DNA from: Eledone cirrhosa
Taxonomy: Eukaryota
Assembly: GCA_964016885.1 (NCBI GenBank)
Contig: OZ024740.1
Location: 69,192,001 to 69,256,000 of the forward strand
Length of the DNA stretch: 64,000 bases
Direction: 5' to 3'
Shown here piece by piece: positions 1 to 14,390 of the stretch. A program made the translations under genes and the position numbers. The notes beneath the pieces are model-generated. The model did not search any database and had not been told where the DNA came from. It saw only the letters and a list, made by a program, of their open reading frames with translations. How positions within the stretch are numbered: position 1 is the first letter of the stretch; each line of letters starts with the position of its first letter.

Positions 1-679
1 TTCTTTTTGTTCAGCAACATTCCAACTCAGAATTCCCGCACTGTACCAAATAATAGACACAGCTCGGGAATTTACTGCACTTATGGCATTCCTACTTATC
101 AGATGTGACTATAATACGCTCCTTACTCTCCGAATGTATTCAGATCTTATCAATTCCTTCATTTTTTTGTTCTTGATGTCATCAGCCTCCAGAACACCCA
201 AATACTTGTATACTTCTTCAGTGTCAATTTCCTTTATCATCTCACCTGTTGGTACCTGGATTCCGTTGCTTCTGCTCAATTTATCCCTCTTCATCACAAG
301 GACTCCACACTTACTAATACCAAATTGCATACATATATCATTGCTGAAAATACGGACAGTGTCAACAAGCACATCCAACTCCTTCTCACTCTTCCCGAGG
401 AGCTTAATATCGTCCACGAAGAGGAGGTGATTGATGGTAAGCCCTCCCTTTCCCAACTTGTATCCTGCTCTCACTTTTCGCAGTATAGTGGTCAGGGGAA
501 TCAGGGCAAGGACACACAACAGAGCGGACAAACTATCACCCTGGATTCTCCAGCTGATGTTAACTCTGTTTTCCAGTACTTCATACTTTTGCTCAACAAC
601 TGTCTGATGTTATCTGCCACCTTGAAGATATCTAGGCTTTTGGTGATCCAAGAATGAGGCACCAAGTCAAATGCCTTTT
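1..679 (-). mobile_element. 5'-truncated R4/Dong-like RLE non-LTR retrotransposon fragment (RT region), continues past window edge
   Basis: Close paralogue of 1807-2518; translation contains HLLFVDDIKL (RT catalytic motif); ~30 bp deletion near 548 removes IKRGIFQG; abuts the (TTA)n tail of the next copy. Confidence 0.9.
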
Positions 680-682
680 TAA

Positions 683-3600
683 TATTATTATTATTATTAT
701 TATTATTGTTCTTTGAGTTTCAGTCATTGATGTTAGTTAACTGGAAAGTTTGTTGAAATGAATATCAAGCCACTACCTGCAGCCTCAGATATTCAGGACG
801 TATCGGAGGGTTCGTGCTGTTCCCAGCAAGCATGCCTTTTGAAGCGTTCCAAAAAGCGTGGCGGAGCCAATTTTCTTTAACCATCCCTGGAAACTTTTTG
901 AGGTAGTACCTAGTGCGCCTATGACAATCGGGACCACTTTTACTTCACGGCAGTTCCAAATCCTTTTTACCTCCCACTTTAAGTCCTGGTATCGGTTAAT
1001 TTTCTCCCTCTCCTTCTCTTGCACTCTCGTGTCGAATGGGCAGGCCACATACACAATCAGGTACTATCTTTTTTTCTTTTTCACAAAACACGAGGTCAGG
1101 TCTATTGTGTTCCAGTTTCTTGTCCGTCTGTATCCTAAAATCCCACAGCACCTTCACCTGATCGTTCTCCATCACCGCCTCTGGCCTATGCTCATACCAT
1201 TACTCAGAATGTGGTAAATTGTTTACTTTGCACAGGCGCCAGTGGATCACCATGCCCATCACATCATGTCTCCAGCCCTTATAGTGGGTCTGGGCTAGGT
1301 GTTTACACTCGGATACAATGTGAGCCACAGTCTCATCTCTCTCTCCACAGATCCTGCACATTGGGCTAGCCTCCTCCTTGTAAATATGGTGTTTCAACCA
1401 CTTCGTTTTGAGGGCCTGCTCCTGCGCAGCCATTAGCATTCCCACTGTAGCCTTTTTAAGGTCTCCTCTTCTCAACCAGTTCCATGTCTGTGGATCTCTA
1501 AATTCAGTTTTCTTAAAGAAGGTACTATGAAGGGATTTTTCCTGAAGGCTGCTCTTTCTCCTTGATGTTATTTCCTCCTTGGACATCCCCTGGCCTATTG
1601 TCCCCTCCTTCAGTACAGTTCTGAGCATTGGCTCCTTACTATCAGTCACGTATTTGTGTAGGTTGTTTTTCTCCATCTGAACACAGTCCTCTATGCTGAT
1701 AAGACCTCTTCCACCCTCAGATCTCCTTAGGTAGAGTCTATCGACATCACTCCTCTTGTGGAACATGTTGTAGATAGTCAATAGCTTCCTAGTCTTCCTT
1801 TCCATTTCTTTTTGTTCAGCAACATTCCATCTCAGAATTCCCGCACTGTACCTAATAATAGACACAGCTCGGGAATTTACTGCGCTTATGGCATTTCTGC
1901 TGTTCAGATGTGACTTCAATACGCTCCTTATTCTCCGAATGTATTCAGTTCTTAACAATTCCTTCATTTTTTTGTTCTTTATGCCATCAGCCTCCAGAAT
2001 GCCCAAATACTTGTATCCTTCCTCAGAGTCAATTTCCTTTATCATCTCACCTGTTGGTATCTGGATTCCGTTACTTCTGCTCAACCTACCCCTCCTCATC
2101 ACAATGACTCCACACTTACTAATACCAAACTGCATACATATATCACTGCTGAAAATACGGACAGTGTCAACAAGCACATCCAACTCCTTCTCACTCTTCC
2201 CGAAGAGCTTAAGATCGTCCATGAAGACGAGGTGATTGATGGTAAGCCCTCCCTTTCTCAACTTGTATCCTGCTCTCATTTTTCGCAGTACAATGGTCAG
2301 GGGCATCAGGGCAAGGACAAACAACAGAGGGGACAGGCTATCTCCCTGGAAGATACCTCTCTTGATCTTCACGCTTCCCAAGGATTCTCCAGTTGATGTC
2401 AACTCTGTTTCCCAGGACCTCATACTCCTGCCCAACAACTGTCTGATGTTATCTGCCACCTTGAAGATCTCCAGGCTTTTGGTGATCCAAGAATGAGGCA
2501 CCATGTCAAATGCCTTTCTGTAGTCTAACCATCCCATGGCAAGATCAGTGTGTCTCCTCCTGCAATTCCCCATTACCATCTTATCAATAAGTAACTGGTC
2601 CATTGTACCACGTGACTTCTTTCGGCATCCTTTCTGTTCGTCATGTAACAAGTTGTTTGTGTGGAGGTGATGGTAGATTTCCTCAGACACAATGCTCGTC
2701 AACAGTTTCCACATTACGGGCAGACATGTGATAGGCCTATAGTTGGTAACATCATTACCCTTGATTCGGTCTTTCATTATCAGAACTGTGGTACCTTTTG
2801 TCAACCACTCTGGTACCTCACCTGACATCAAGCTGTCATTGAACATGGTTGTCAGTTTCGGGTGGAGGGATGTTATATTTTTAATCCAATACCCCTGCAC
2901 ACCATCTGGGCCTGGTGATTTCCAGTTGGTTAGTTTTTTGGCCTGCCCTTTAAGAGTTTCAACTGTGAGACTCAAATCAGTTTGTTGGTGTGCCTGCTCA
3001 CCGATCTCCCCCTGTACTGTCTCAATCCACACTGCCTGGTCATTATGTCTAACATCCTGCTCCCATATTCCTCTCCAGAATGTTTTAGTTTGTTCCGCCT
3101 CAAGGATCAAGTCGGTGCCTCTTTCTTTCCCCTCAATCTGTCCAAACAGCATCTTCTGGTTGTTGTCGAACATGCGGTTCTGTTTATACTGACTGACTCT
3201 GTTCTCGTATCGCCTGATTTTTGCACTCTTTGCTACAATGCGTTGCTTCAGTTCCTCTATGATAATATTTAGCTTTTTCCTCCTAGTTTTGTACTTTATT
3301 TCCAGTCTATTTTTAGTGTCTATGTTTTTTACTGTCCCATTCAGTAGTGACTCAAGCTTTCCAATGTCATTTCTCATTTCCCTGATTTGACCACTCAGTC
3401 GTTTCTTCCACCAAGGATCTGCTCTTTCTTGTCTGTTGTTTCCTCTCGCTTTTATACCAAGTAGTTTCCTCACCGTATTTGCTGTTGCTTTGAGGATATT
3501 GTTGCACTGGTGAAGGTTCCTCGCCTCAAGGTATGGGATGATTTTGTTTACCATAGCTGTTGTTTCTTTTAACTTTTTCCTGTCTACAAATCTTAGGTTC

Positions 3601-4200
3601 ATAGGTCTCCCACTATCATTGTTCAATTCATCTACCACTAAATTTAGGATGTCAACCGAATCTTGTCCTAGCCCGTCAGTATTCATCTCCTCAGTGGCCG
3701 TATCTCTGTTCCAGGTATTATTTATCTCAGTATTCAGATCATTGTCTGCGTCTGGTGGTTCCTCCATTCTCTCGACCTCTTCACCTTCATTTCCCACTGG
3801 CTCGTTTGCCTGGCATACTCCACCCTCCATCACCAAGCTAATCTCTCTGCTCAGTTCCTCCAGTTCCAGCTCGCTTATCCACCCATTTGTTCTTATTACC
3901 CGAGCCTGCACGGCCAATTTTGTTCATCTAATTTAAATAGTCCAATCTCGTTCCAGATGTTATGCATCCGTCTCCTATAGCCCCTCTCCTTGGGGTTACT
4001 TTTCAGGTAACATTGCATAACAGTTCTATTCAATTCTTTCGTCCAGTTGGTTCTGGTCCCTTTCCTTCTTCTTCCTCCGACACCAGCAGTATTTGGTTGA
4101 CAGCCAGGTTCCTACTGTGGGCCAGGGAGCACCTGTTGGGTTAGAGTCTGTCACATGACGTTCTAGTCTCCATTTCACCGTTATTCGAACTGTTTAGGTT
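683..4200 (-). mobile_element. Near full-length R4/Dong-clade non-LTR retrotransposon, inactivated
   Basis: Single ORF: N-terminal WTKELNRTVMQCYLKSNP..GYRRRM, RT (KSPGPDG, YRPITCL, QGDSLSPLLF, FMDDLKL), CCHC knuckle CRICGERDETVAHIVSEC, RLE (RPDLV..VACPFD..EKINRY..VVPIVIGALG); 3' UTR ends in (AAT)n at 683-707; 5' boundary approximate. Confidence 0.93.
785..4060 (-). pseudogene. RT-RLE polyprotein of the Dong-like element, disrupted
   Basis: 905-aa ORF 1200-3917 plus RLE tail 785-1054; frameshift near 3920, premature TAA at 1200-1202, second frameshift near 1060-1080. Confidence 0.9.
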
Positions 4201-5216
4201 CGACATTTAAACACTCTTATCGAGGATTGGCGAATGTATGGTTACATAACCACCGGTGATTTCATCACCTCCGGTGATTTCGTCATTCAACGTCATTTTT
4301 GTGTGGAATTATCACGCTGTAGACGAACATAAATAAACAAACAAACAAACAGGCAACACTCCCCCCCCCCACCCCACCCCCCACCCCCACCCCAAAAGGA
4401 ATAAGCATAAGTTTCATTGTAATGTAATGTTTCAATGTCTGACTTAGTATTTCCCTTCCCTTCTCTGTCCGTCTGTTTGTTTTACTCTTCATTTTTCTTT
4501 TCTTTACGCTTTTCCTTGTTGCTGTGCTGCTTTGATTTTGATTTTTGTTCTTTTGATTTTGACCGGGTCATCAATTGAGTCTATTTATATATTTTGATGC
4601 CTTCCTCTTTTAGTGGGGGCACTACGATGTAGCAGGTGGTAGCGGGAGAGAATAGCGGCGGTGGTGATAATGTGGCAGCGGTGGTGGTGGTGGTGGCGGT
4701 GCTGTGCTAGCAGCAACTAGCAGAAGGTAGTGGGAGAGAATAGCGGTGGTAGCGATAGTGAGGCAGTGGTGGTGGTGATGTGATCGTAGTACTGTAGTGA
4801 TGGTGTTGAAGTTGGAGCAGAAATAGCGGTTGAGTCGACTTGACCAGAGTTTTCATCGTGGTAGTGGTGGTGGTGTTGGTGGTGAAATTATCTTTAGTTA
4901 TTTAGTCATTTTGTCATTTATCTCCTTTTCGACTCTAACATACCTGATCCAAAATTAAATATTAATCGTGTTTATTAATATTGTCTAGTGATAGCGCCAC
5001 CTTCCCCTTTCGTAAGTTAACAGAAGGTAATGGGGGGAAAGCGGCTGTAGCAATGAAGGAGTGGTGGCGGCGGTGATGGGATAGTGCTAGTAATGATGGA
5101 TGGGTGGCGGCGGCGGTGACTGTAGTGATGGCGTTGTCGTTACTGAGTTTTGTTGAATAGACTGTATATTTGTTTGATCGGTGAATCTATGGGGTTAGTC
5201 GCGTATAGTATTATTA

Positions 5217-5280
<64 letters not shown>

Positions 5281-6625
5281 ATTTGCATTTATCTTGCTTT
5301 ATGTTCATATGAGTTATCACCAAGTCACAACCAGTGACCTCAAGAGACAATAAGGTCCGCCATGTTCAAGAAAGAACATACATACTCACACATGCATCTT
5401 TAGTGTTTAGACTTGTGATGTACTTATATTGACAGAATCTTCATTAGTATATGGCCAGTTCCCATTAGTACTATCTTTTGTATTTCTCCTATACACGGGT
5501 TTCCTGGGATTTGCGATAAGTAATCATTAGACACCTTAGGTATCATTCCCAGAGCGCCTACAACCACTGGTATTGTTTTAGTTCTCAATTTCCACATTTT
5601 TCCAATTTCTATCTCCAGTTCCTTATACTTGCTCAATTTTTCAAATGTTTTTATAGATACATTCTTGTCTATTGGTACAGACATATCAATTAGCAGGCAT
5701 ACCCTCTTTTTAAAGTCCTTCAATATTATATCAGGTCTATCTGCATCTATTTTTCGGTCACTTTGGATGCTAAAGTTCCACAAGATTGAGATGTGATATT
5801 TTTCAAGTATGGGAGGTGGTTGATGCTCCCACCAATTATTTTGATGGGGCACGTCAAAATGCTTACACATTATCTAATGTATGTATTGTGCAGCTCTGTC
5901 ATGCCTGTTTAGGTATTCGGTTGGAGCTATAGGACTGCACATTGAAATTATATGGTCAATCGTCTCTGGTTGTTTTTTGCATACACGGCATAATGGGCTG
6001 CATCCATTTTGTATTATATTGGCTTGGTAATTTTTTGTTGGCAGACACTGATCTTGTGCTGATATAATCAGTCCTTCAGTCTCCGATTTCAGTCCAGAGT
6101 ATGCCAACCACTGATGGGTTAAAGTTTTGTCAACATCTGGATTGTTAGCTCGCTCTGGGTATTTTCCATACAGAGGCTTTTCTTGCCATTTCTTAGCCAG
6201 TTTCTGTAGCAGTTCTTTCTTTGCAGTTACTTTTACCTGCTTTGCTTTTTCTGTGTTTTCCATTTCAGCAGTAAATGGGACTTCTGAAATTTGTAGTCCA
6301 TTACTGTATCTTTGTGCATCTTTTGTAATGGAATATGATCTTTTGATGCTTTCGTGTTTCAAAACGAGTTTGATCATCCAATCATGTGATTCCCTTAGAT
6401 ATGTAGATAATCCAATTGTTGCAGTTTTCAACGCAATGTCTAACTGGATTAACCCACGTCCTCCTTCTTTCCTAGGGAGATATCTATATCTGCCTTAGGG
6501 TGATGCATTCTGTGCATGGTTAAGAATTTTCGAATTTTTGTATCGAGCCTACGGATCTCTGTGCTTGACCAGTTGATGACATTGTAACTGTAGGTTACTA
6601 CTGGTATGGCAAGCGTGTTTATGGC

Positions 6626-6627
<2 letters not shown>
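5281..6627 (-). mobile_element. 5'-truncated R4/Dong-like element of a second family, inserted in (TAA)n
   Basis: CRVCKKQPETIDHIISMC knuckle, RPDIIL..CLLIDMSVP..EKLSKY..IPVVVGALG RLE; stop at 5874-5876; (TTA)n on both sides (5208-5280, 6628-6706). Confidence 0.9.
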
Positions 6628-6710
<83 letters not shown>

Positions 6711-7619
6711 TATTCTATTATAAATCTATGTAATTTTGTGGCAATGGAGAAATCAATATTCATTTTATTTTTGTAAATATTCTTTCAAATAACCAACGAA
6801 CGGCCATTAAGCAGTTCTTTTAAAATCTGGACCTACTCCTTTCCAATATCACTCTGAAAAAGTAAGCCAACCAATCCCCAAACACCACCACCCACCACCC
6901 CACCACCACACACAAACAGAACAAGAGTAAATCTAATAAATTACTCATTTTAACATTATAGCTAAAGCATTTAATTTTGTTCTTAAATAACATAATATTG
7001 AAGAGTTAGGCACAAATTTCGATAAATATGTTCAATGAAATGTTTAAACGATTAAACTATTTGGATATTAAATGTATAATTATTGCCTGGATGACACTAT
7101 ATAACCATTTTTGCTGTGGAGTGAGGATCTTGTTTTATATCAATGGAGGTATTTTCTATTTATTAGTTGAATTTGACTTCTGGGAAACACTATATTTTAA
7201 TATAGAATGCTTATTGAAAAATGTTCTACTTTAATATATGTTCTCATATTTTTCTCGTAATAGTTTTGTGTAACCTTTCAAAATCAATATTCTAAATGAT
7301 TATACACATCTGTGGATAATTTCACATTGCTTAAAACGCCCTTCTTTTCATATACGTTTCATTCTACTTCTTCAATTGCTACTTATGTTAAATCTATGGT
7401 TGGCTCGCTCTTTTTTTCTTGCTTTTCGTTTGATTCTTCTTGGCGTGCTACTCATTTTCCTTCAATACCATAAGCTGCAGCGTTGTCATCATCAACATCA
7501 TCATCAACATCATCATCAGCACACTCCACCTCCACCACCGCCTCCTCCTCCTCCTCCTCATCCTCATCCTCATCCTCCTCCCCCTCCTCCTACTCTTCCT
7601 CCTCCTCCTCCACAGCATC

Positions 7620-7651
<32 letters not shown>

Positions 7652-7925
7652 CTCTTCTTCCGACTCCAATAATCCCCCTCCTCCTCCACTTGTTTTGTTC
7701 CTCTTTCTCCTCGCCCCCCCCCCCACATCATCATCTTCTTCTTCTTCTTCTTCTTCTTCTTCTTCTTCTTCTTCGTGTAAATATCAAGAAATAAATGATT
7801 ATTGTTGTTTTATTAAGAAATGTTTGGTTCTGGTGTTGGTATTATTAAATAAGTATGTATAATGTCTATGTATAAATGCATATAACCTTCATAAATATGA
7901 TTATACTTGTATGTTTGTATGAACG

Positions 7926-7980
<55 letters not shown>

Positions 7981-8137
7981 TTTCGTACTCATTACGCATG
8001 TACGCAAATATGATTTAAATACTTAAATTGTATAAATCGGAGATTACATCTGGTATATATCCAATATAGTATGCAAGTGAACATTTTGTTTGCAAATTAG
8101 ATTTTAGATATGTACGCAACATATTAATTTTTTCATT

Positions 8138-8184
<47 letters not shown>

Positions 8185-8215
8185 ATATAAGCATAGTCAT
8201 TTAGTGGATATATAT

Positions 8216-8263
<48 letters not shown>

Positions 8264-9805
8264 GCGTGTTTTTATTCTTATCATGTTGGTCATACCTAGC
8301 ATGTTCTCTATCACTACATATACACAAGTGTAAGTAAAAAACTATATTATATGACGCATCGCACGTTCCAAAGGTTCTAGCCCCTAGCATCGGCATCTTG
8401 TTTTGACAATTGTCTACCTTGTTCTTGAAAAAGACCTCACCATGGAATATGACGATATTTAGTGATCTAACCGATTTTTTTTCTTCTACTTTTGTCATAT
8501 CGCCCGACGAGAGGCCAGTATTGGAACGGCTCCTCCATTACATAGCATTGTCCATAACTGAACCCCGAAGCTTAAAGTTGAGTATACTTGTAAAGTGTAA
8601 AAAAGACAGCCGGAGATTAGGAGAGAGATAGAGATGTACGTATAATTATTTCAGCAATTGTAGTTCATTTCCACCTGTTGCGTCGCTACAGCCACATTTG
8701 TATATGAATATATAATTGTTCTTTCCTTGGTATTTTCCTTTTCCTTTTCATATATATCCTGCTCACTGATGAATACCTTCAATAGATGATAACAATTTTG
8801 TTAGGAAATATGTTGTTATATGTGTTGTTGTCCATAGTATTAATATAATTTGTTCAATATCTGAATATAATCATGCAAATACATACATACTCACACAGAC
8901 ACACATACACACACACGTACGCAACGTACATAAACACAGATACACAGACAGACAGCAACACTCGTACACACACTTGCATGCATATATATATATATATATA
9001 TATATTTAATTGGCGTTAGCAATGAGATAGCGTTTAAACAAAATAGTGGTGTATATAGAAACATACTAAATTTTGTTTTTTGTTTTTTTTTCGAAACGAA
9101 ACAAAACGAATCGAAACGAAAACTATTTTATCATTCTCTATTTTCCTTTGTGACTATATCATGGAGTATATTCTGAGAATGTCATATATTACTGGTTCAA
9201 GATTTGTTAATCTTTCATCGGTGACAGTCAATCAAAATGTACTCTTTCCATATACACCTCTATTATGCATAAACGCATTCTTAATGCTATAACGTGCCAA
9301 ACTCGGACTATATGCAAATTACATATTCCAACCAATGTTTTCTATTTGATATATGTAAATGTGAATCTCCAACAAATGATCATCATGAAAGAACTTATAT
9401 AGCCAGTACGTTTTGAGTGATATTCATTAATGAATGATTAACAAATCTTGAAACAGTCCTCTCTGATATTCGCCGAGCATACTAGCAGCCCTATGACATA
9501 TTCATAAACGTAAATAGAGAAAAAGTGTTTTTTTCTTTCCATTTCATTTCGTTGCGGAAAAATATTTTGTCTGCAGCGAGGCTATCCAGATATGTATGTA
9601 TATTTATACATATATGTAATGTGTGCGTATGTATGTGTGTGTGTAGGGTATGTGTATGTGTGCGCGTATGTGTGTGTGTGTGTACAGGAGTGATACAAGG
9701 ATGCTGCTGTTGACCCTACATACATATAATTATGTATGTAGCTGCAAACCTAAATTGTAATGCATACATATATATATATATATATACACACGCACGCACA
9801 CACAA

Positions 9806-9974
<169 letters not shown>

Positions 9975-10129
9975 TATATATATATAATTATTATGTAGCT
10001 GCACACCTGAATTGTAATATATACATATATATATATATACACATACACCACACACACAAACACACATATATATATATATAAATTTAGATGTGTGTATATA
10101 TAATATATATATATAATATATATATATAT

Positions 10130-10187
<58 letters not shown>

Positions 10188-10471
10188 TAATTTGATCATA
10201 ACATCCCACCCTCCTCTGTACATTTTAAGAATGTGCAAGCGATACTATTATCTCCTCTCTACTAATACCATTCTCTTCTCTATTAATAATCCCGAATCTA
10301 TTCCATCTCTCTCCTTTCTCTTCTCACAAATCCCAATTTACTTATCCTTCAAAACCAGTTGACTCCAGTTTTCTTTCCAATGATGGTAATATTATATATT
10401 ATATATATATGTATATACAAATTTGTATAAATACACGTGTGTGTGTGTGTATGTGTATGTGTGAGTGTGTA

Positions 10472-10530
<59 letters not shown>

Positions 10531-11996
10531 CTATCTGCGTTTGTGTGTATGTATGTATGTATGCATGTATGTATGGTTGTCATTGCCGGGATGGGATTAG
10601 TTTTGATAATTAGTTCTCTACGAAAATGCCCCAAACTGCGTATATATTCTATTAACTACTGGCATTCCTGTGACCGAGATGTTTGGAAATGACTAATAAT
10701 AGGGGTCAAATCCTGATACTAGTACTTTAAAATCAGTTGTTTTGAGTAGACAAAACTCGGCAGCTTTGGTTAACTGTGTCTCAAGAAGTGTCACACTGAT
10801 TTCAAAACCGGGCTGAAAGACTCTGGGCTATTGTTACAGCATTCTTCAAATAGACGGAAACTCTGAAATAAACGTGCAATTTACGTGACTGCTAGTCATC
10901 TTGCGTAGGCCTGCATCCAGAATAAGATAATAAGCATAAAATATCCGATTGTGTCCTACAAGCGTTTGTCACTTTAACCCACTGTTGTACAAACACCTCA
11001 TTTATGTTTTCTCCTTGTATCTGTTGCAATTCATGGAAAGAGTGGCGATTCCGTACATAGGTGGATAGAATCTTATCGTAACACCGTCTTTCAATGTGCA
11101 ACTCCGCTGGAGGCTCATATGCACGAACACCGGTTTTAGGGATAGCACTGCTTACCTACTCTCTTTAAAATTGGGTAGAAAAAGTGCATTGAATTTTGCC
11201 AGTCACATCAACACCGGGTGGTACCCTGTGCCTAACGGTGGTTCATATTATGAGGAACAGAAATGATGATAGGCAGGCTAAATGAATTGCAATATTTCTG
11301 TTGAAATTGTATAAATATTTTTGAACAAAATGAATTAAATTGGACACAAAGAATTTCATTTGTACCTAAGTGTCGTCAATGACAGCATATAGCTATTTCA
11401 GCTGCAGAAATACGTTTGTCATATGAAGATCAGCCGATTAGAGCATGTTCAGCTTATACACTTTAGTGTGTTGAGAAGTCTAAAGGCGAGCAGTGACGAG
11501 AAGTTGGGGTTACTTTTGCTATCAGAACAACATTGGCAAAATATTTACAGCGCCTTTCTAGAATTACCGAGCGCATAATGAAGCTACTTGTTCTACACTT
11601 GTGTGGAGCTCAACCGACATTCTCATGGATAGCTGGAGCGGGAGAACCTTTCATATCAAGTGCCTTTACTGTGCCTATTTTTAGACTGTGAAGTCTACAA
11701 GTCCTGTATCGATAACATTTTCTTCTTTATACGGTGTTAGGTTTAAAATTCAAAGTAATTAACAAATGTTGCATATCGGTATATTTATATATTTTCGGGT
11801 ATTTTAAAATTCAATGTATACATTTTGAATGTATTGTTCAAAATTGTTACCTGTCACACTTACATCTCTGTTCCAGTAAATATGACCAATCTTCAACTCT
11901 ATTCTTTTCTAGTACGTCTATGAGATAATGGATGCCACTATGTATCCTAGTATTGTATCCATCTCTAAATCTTATTATATACGGACACATATATAC

Positions 11997-12034
<38 letters not shown>

Positions 12035-12239
12035 TTAAGGGTACTATTTATGGTTTTGTATGCAATAAAACCTTTGATGGTAATATATTATATATACACA
12101 AACCCTAAATAGTGAGAGATAGTCATTAATTACTATCCTATTACCAGTAAGATAAATAGCTCAATGTAATAACATCAGTTGTTTTACAGAGCAGTTATAT
12201 AGAGATTACAGTAATCAAAGTTCAGTTTAAGTCATTTAT

Positions 12240-12288
12240 TTGCTTACAATTGTTTCCTCCAAACCGAGGTTTGGATTCTTCGGAGCAA
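12240..12288 (-). ncRNA. Type I hammerhead ribozyme, C4 core variant
   Basis: Reverse-complement copy of 12421-12469. Confidence 0.75.
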
Positions 12289-12420
12289 CTATTTATAACA
12301 TACTTGACCTCCTTTTCAACCCAAGAGACACATAAAACATATGCGCATATGTTGATCAATATGCGCATATGTTTTATGTGTCTCTTGGGTTGAAAAGGAG
12401 GTCAAGTATGTTATAAATAG

Positions 12421-12469
12421 TTGCTCCGAAGAATCCAAATCTCGGTTTGGAGGAAACAATTGTAAGCAA
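12421..12469 (+). ncRNA. Type I hammerhead ribozyme, C4 core variant (CCGAAGA)
   Basis: ttgct-CCGAAGA-a tccaaat ctcg gtttgga g-GAAA-CAATTG-TA^agcaa: stem I 5 bp, stem II 7 bp, palindromic stem III. Confidence 0.75.
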
Positions 12470-12503
12470 ATAAATGACTTAAACTGAACTTTGATTACTG
12501 TAA

Positions 12504-12573
<70 letters not shown>

Positions 12574-13322
12574 TGTGTGTACACCCACATGCACATTTCT
12601 TTATGGATATATGACAATTTACTTAGCTGACTATGTCTTCATCTAGGACCTTCTCCCGATGGACCCTTGAATCTGATCACTGATCGACGAGACGAACGAC
12701 AACAAACTGAGACATTTACAGTCACATATGCAAGAAGACGAAGAAAACCTTATAGTTTTACTCGACGTTTAATATGCATTATGAATAATAGTGTCACTAT
12801 CACTTACAAAACTACTAACCCAAATAACACTTCCTACCATTATCATAGCAACCATTTAAAATCATTATCACCAGCACTAGGTGAATTTACACTCACCAAC
12901 ACAATGGATACACATTCAATAATGATATTATCAGCCCCACTACACTAAAATAGCAGCTCAATCTTTCTAATATGAGATCTTGTTTTGGAAATAAGTCATT
13001 TTGGATAATTTACTCATAGACTAAAAAAAGATATATCGTTTATGATGTGTCTAATTGATATGGGTGCAGCATGGCCTAAATATTAAGAAGTGTGATTCAT
13101 AATAATACGGACCAGGGTATTTCAAATGGCATGTTAAGGCGACCCAAGCCTTGTAATTGAAAACTAGTAGAGAGAAACTATAAGGATGCCCATTGTATCG
13201 ACTGTAGCTGTAACTCAAATGTACAGTATGTCACAATGACCTACTTACCCTCCCTGAGAATTATTTACACATTCCTTTTCAATGTTCAAACACTTACATG
13301 TTGTTGCTTTTTGTTTTTATTT

Positions 13323-13510
13323 TTGCATGGGCAGACATTTATATTGGTCGAGTTAGTTGAATACTCATCATTGGCCAGACTTGACATGGAATTAGCAACA
13401 GTATCAAATGAGACACTTAAACTCAATATCATACGATTTCTTATTGCACAAAGAATGATGTTCTGCACATGATCGCATAACATGCTAGAAATAGCTGGCA
13501 TATTTTCATC
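13323..13510 (+). pseudogene. Decayed YWTD beta-propeller exon candidate
   Basis: (C)MGRHLYWSS*LN / SLARLD..TVSNETL..RMMFCT*..LEIAG resembles DWMGxNLYWTD..ISVARL..MYWTDW..ERAxMDG. Confidence 0.5.
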
Positions 13511-13648
13511 AAAACCATCTTTATCGTTTCAAGGTTCTGTCTCTGACTACATTCGACACAGTAGCATGTTATACACGAAGTCTAAAAAACAAAACTCGTG
13601 ATGATTATAGAATTGGTTGACTTGGGCTTAATCAACAATAATAGCAAC

Positions 13649-13728
<80 letters not shown>

Positions 13729-13949
13729 ATACTGCAAGCACAATCAATATATCACATCTACCACCACTACCACCATCTTGTAATCTCGCCGTCACCAATA
13801 ATGCTACAGTAAATACCCCAATGACCCCCATCAAGCACTATTGTTGTATTCAGCAGCACTTTTATCCTCAATGTAACTAAAGCAACTGACAACTGACACC
13901 ACTAAAATGACGGAAAATCACCATCAGTAAGAATACTTATAATTCTTTC

Positions 13950-14390
13950 TAAAATTGGTACGAGTCCAACAATTTGTGGGAAGGGGAAAATCGATTATAC
14001 CGACCCCAGATCTTGACAAGTACCTTATTTTATCGACCTCTGAAAAATGAAAGGCAAAGTTGACCTCGGTGACTCAGAACGTAAAAACCGGAACAAACAA
14101 TGCAATCATCTGTCCGACACTCTCATGGCTCTGCCAATCCACCACCCACGCCTAAACTAATAATAATATGGTTTCTAATTTAAGCATATGGTCAGTAATT
14201 TATGAGAAGGGAACTGTCGATTAAATTTAAACCAGTACTTGACTGGAACATTATGTTATCGATCCTTATGAAAAGGAAACGCAAGTTTGACTTCAATAGA
14301 ATTTGAAAAGAAGAACATAAAAAGCCTTCATTAAATTTCCACAAGCCAATTTTTTGCTACAGTCTAACGATTCTGTGAATTCACCACATG
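13950..14390 (-). mobile_element. Two degenerate tRNA-type SINE copies
   Basis: Contain the reverse complement of the family core (gtaccttattttatcgacc..gaaaggcaaagttgacctcgg..actcagaacgta) seen intact at 33435 and 59981. Confidence 0.7.

Larger units (their letters stand above)
12031..12508. mobile_element. Non-autonomous fold-back element (Penelope-like pLTR derivative) with two hammerheads
   Basis: Near-perfect palindrome 12201-12508 centred ~12355, extra ~170 bp tail on left arm, (TA)n or (CT)n(TA)n flanks; homologous single arm at ~62195-62358. Confidence 0.8.

Noticed and set aside
8765-8825. CTGATGA..GAAA hammerhead-like boxes
   Set aside because: No convincing stems I-III; similar isolated boxes near 9425, 42485 and 62600 also fail
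10892-11600. Gypsy gag/RT-like fragments (LAKYLQRLSRITER)
   Set aside because: Short chance-level resemblance on mixed strands; the region is better explained by the + strand LRP-like relic
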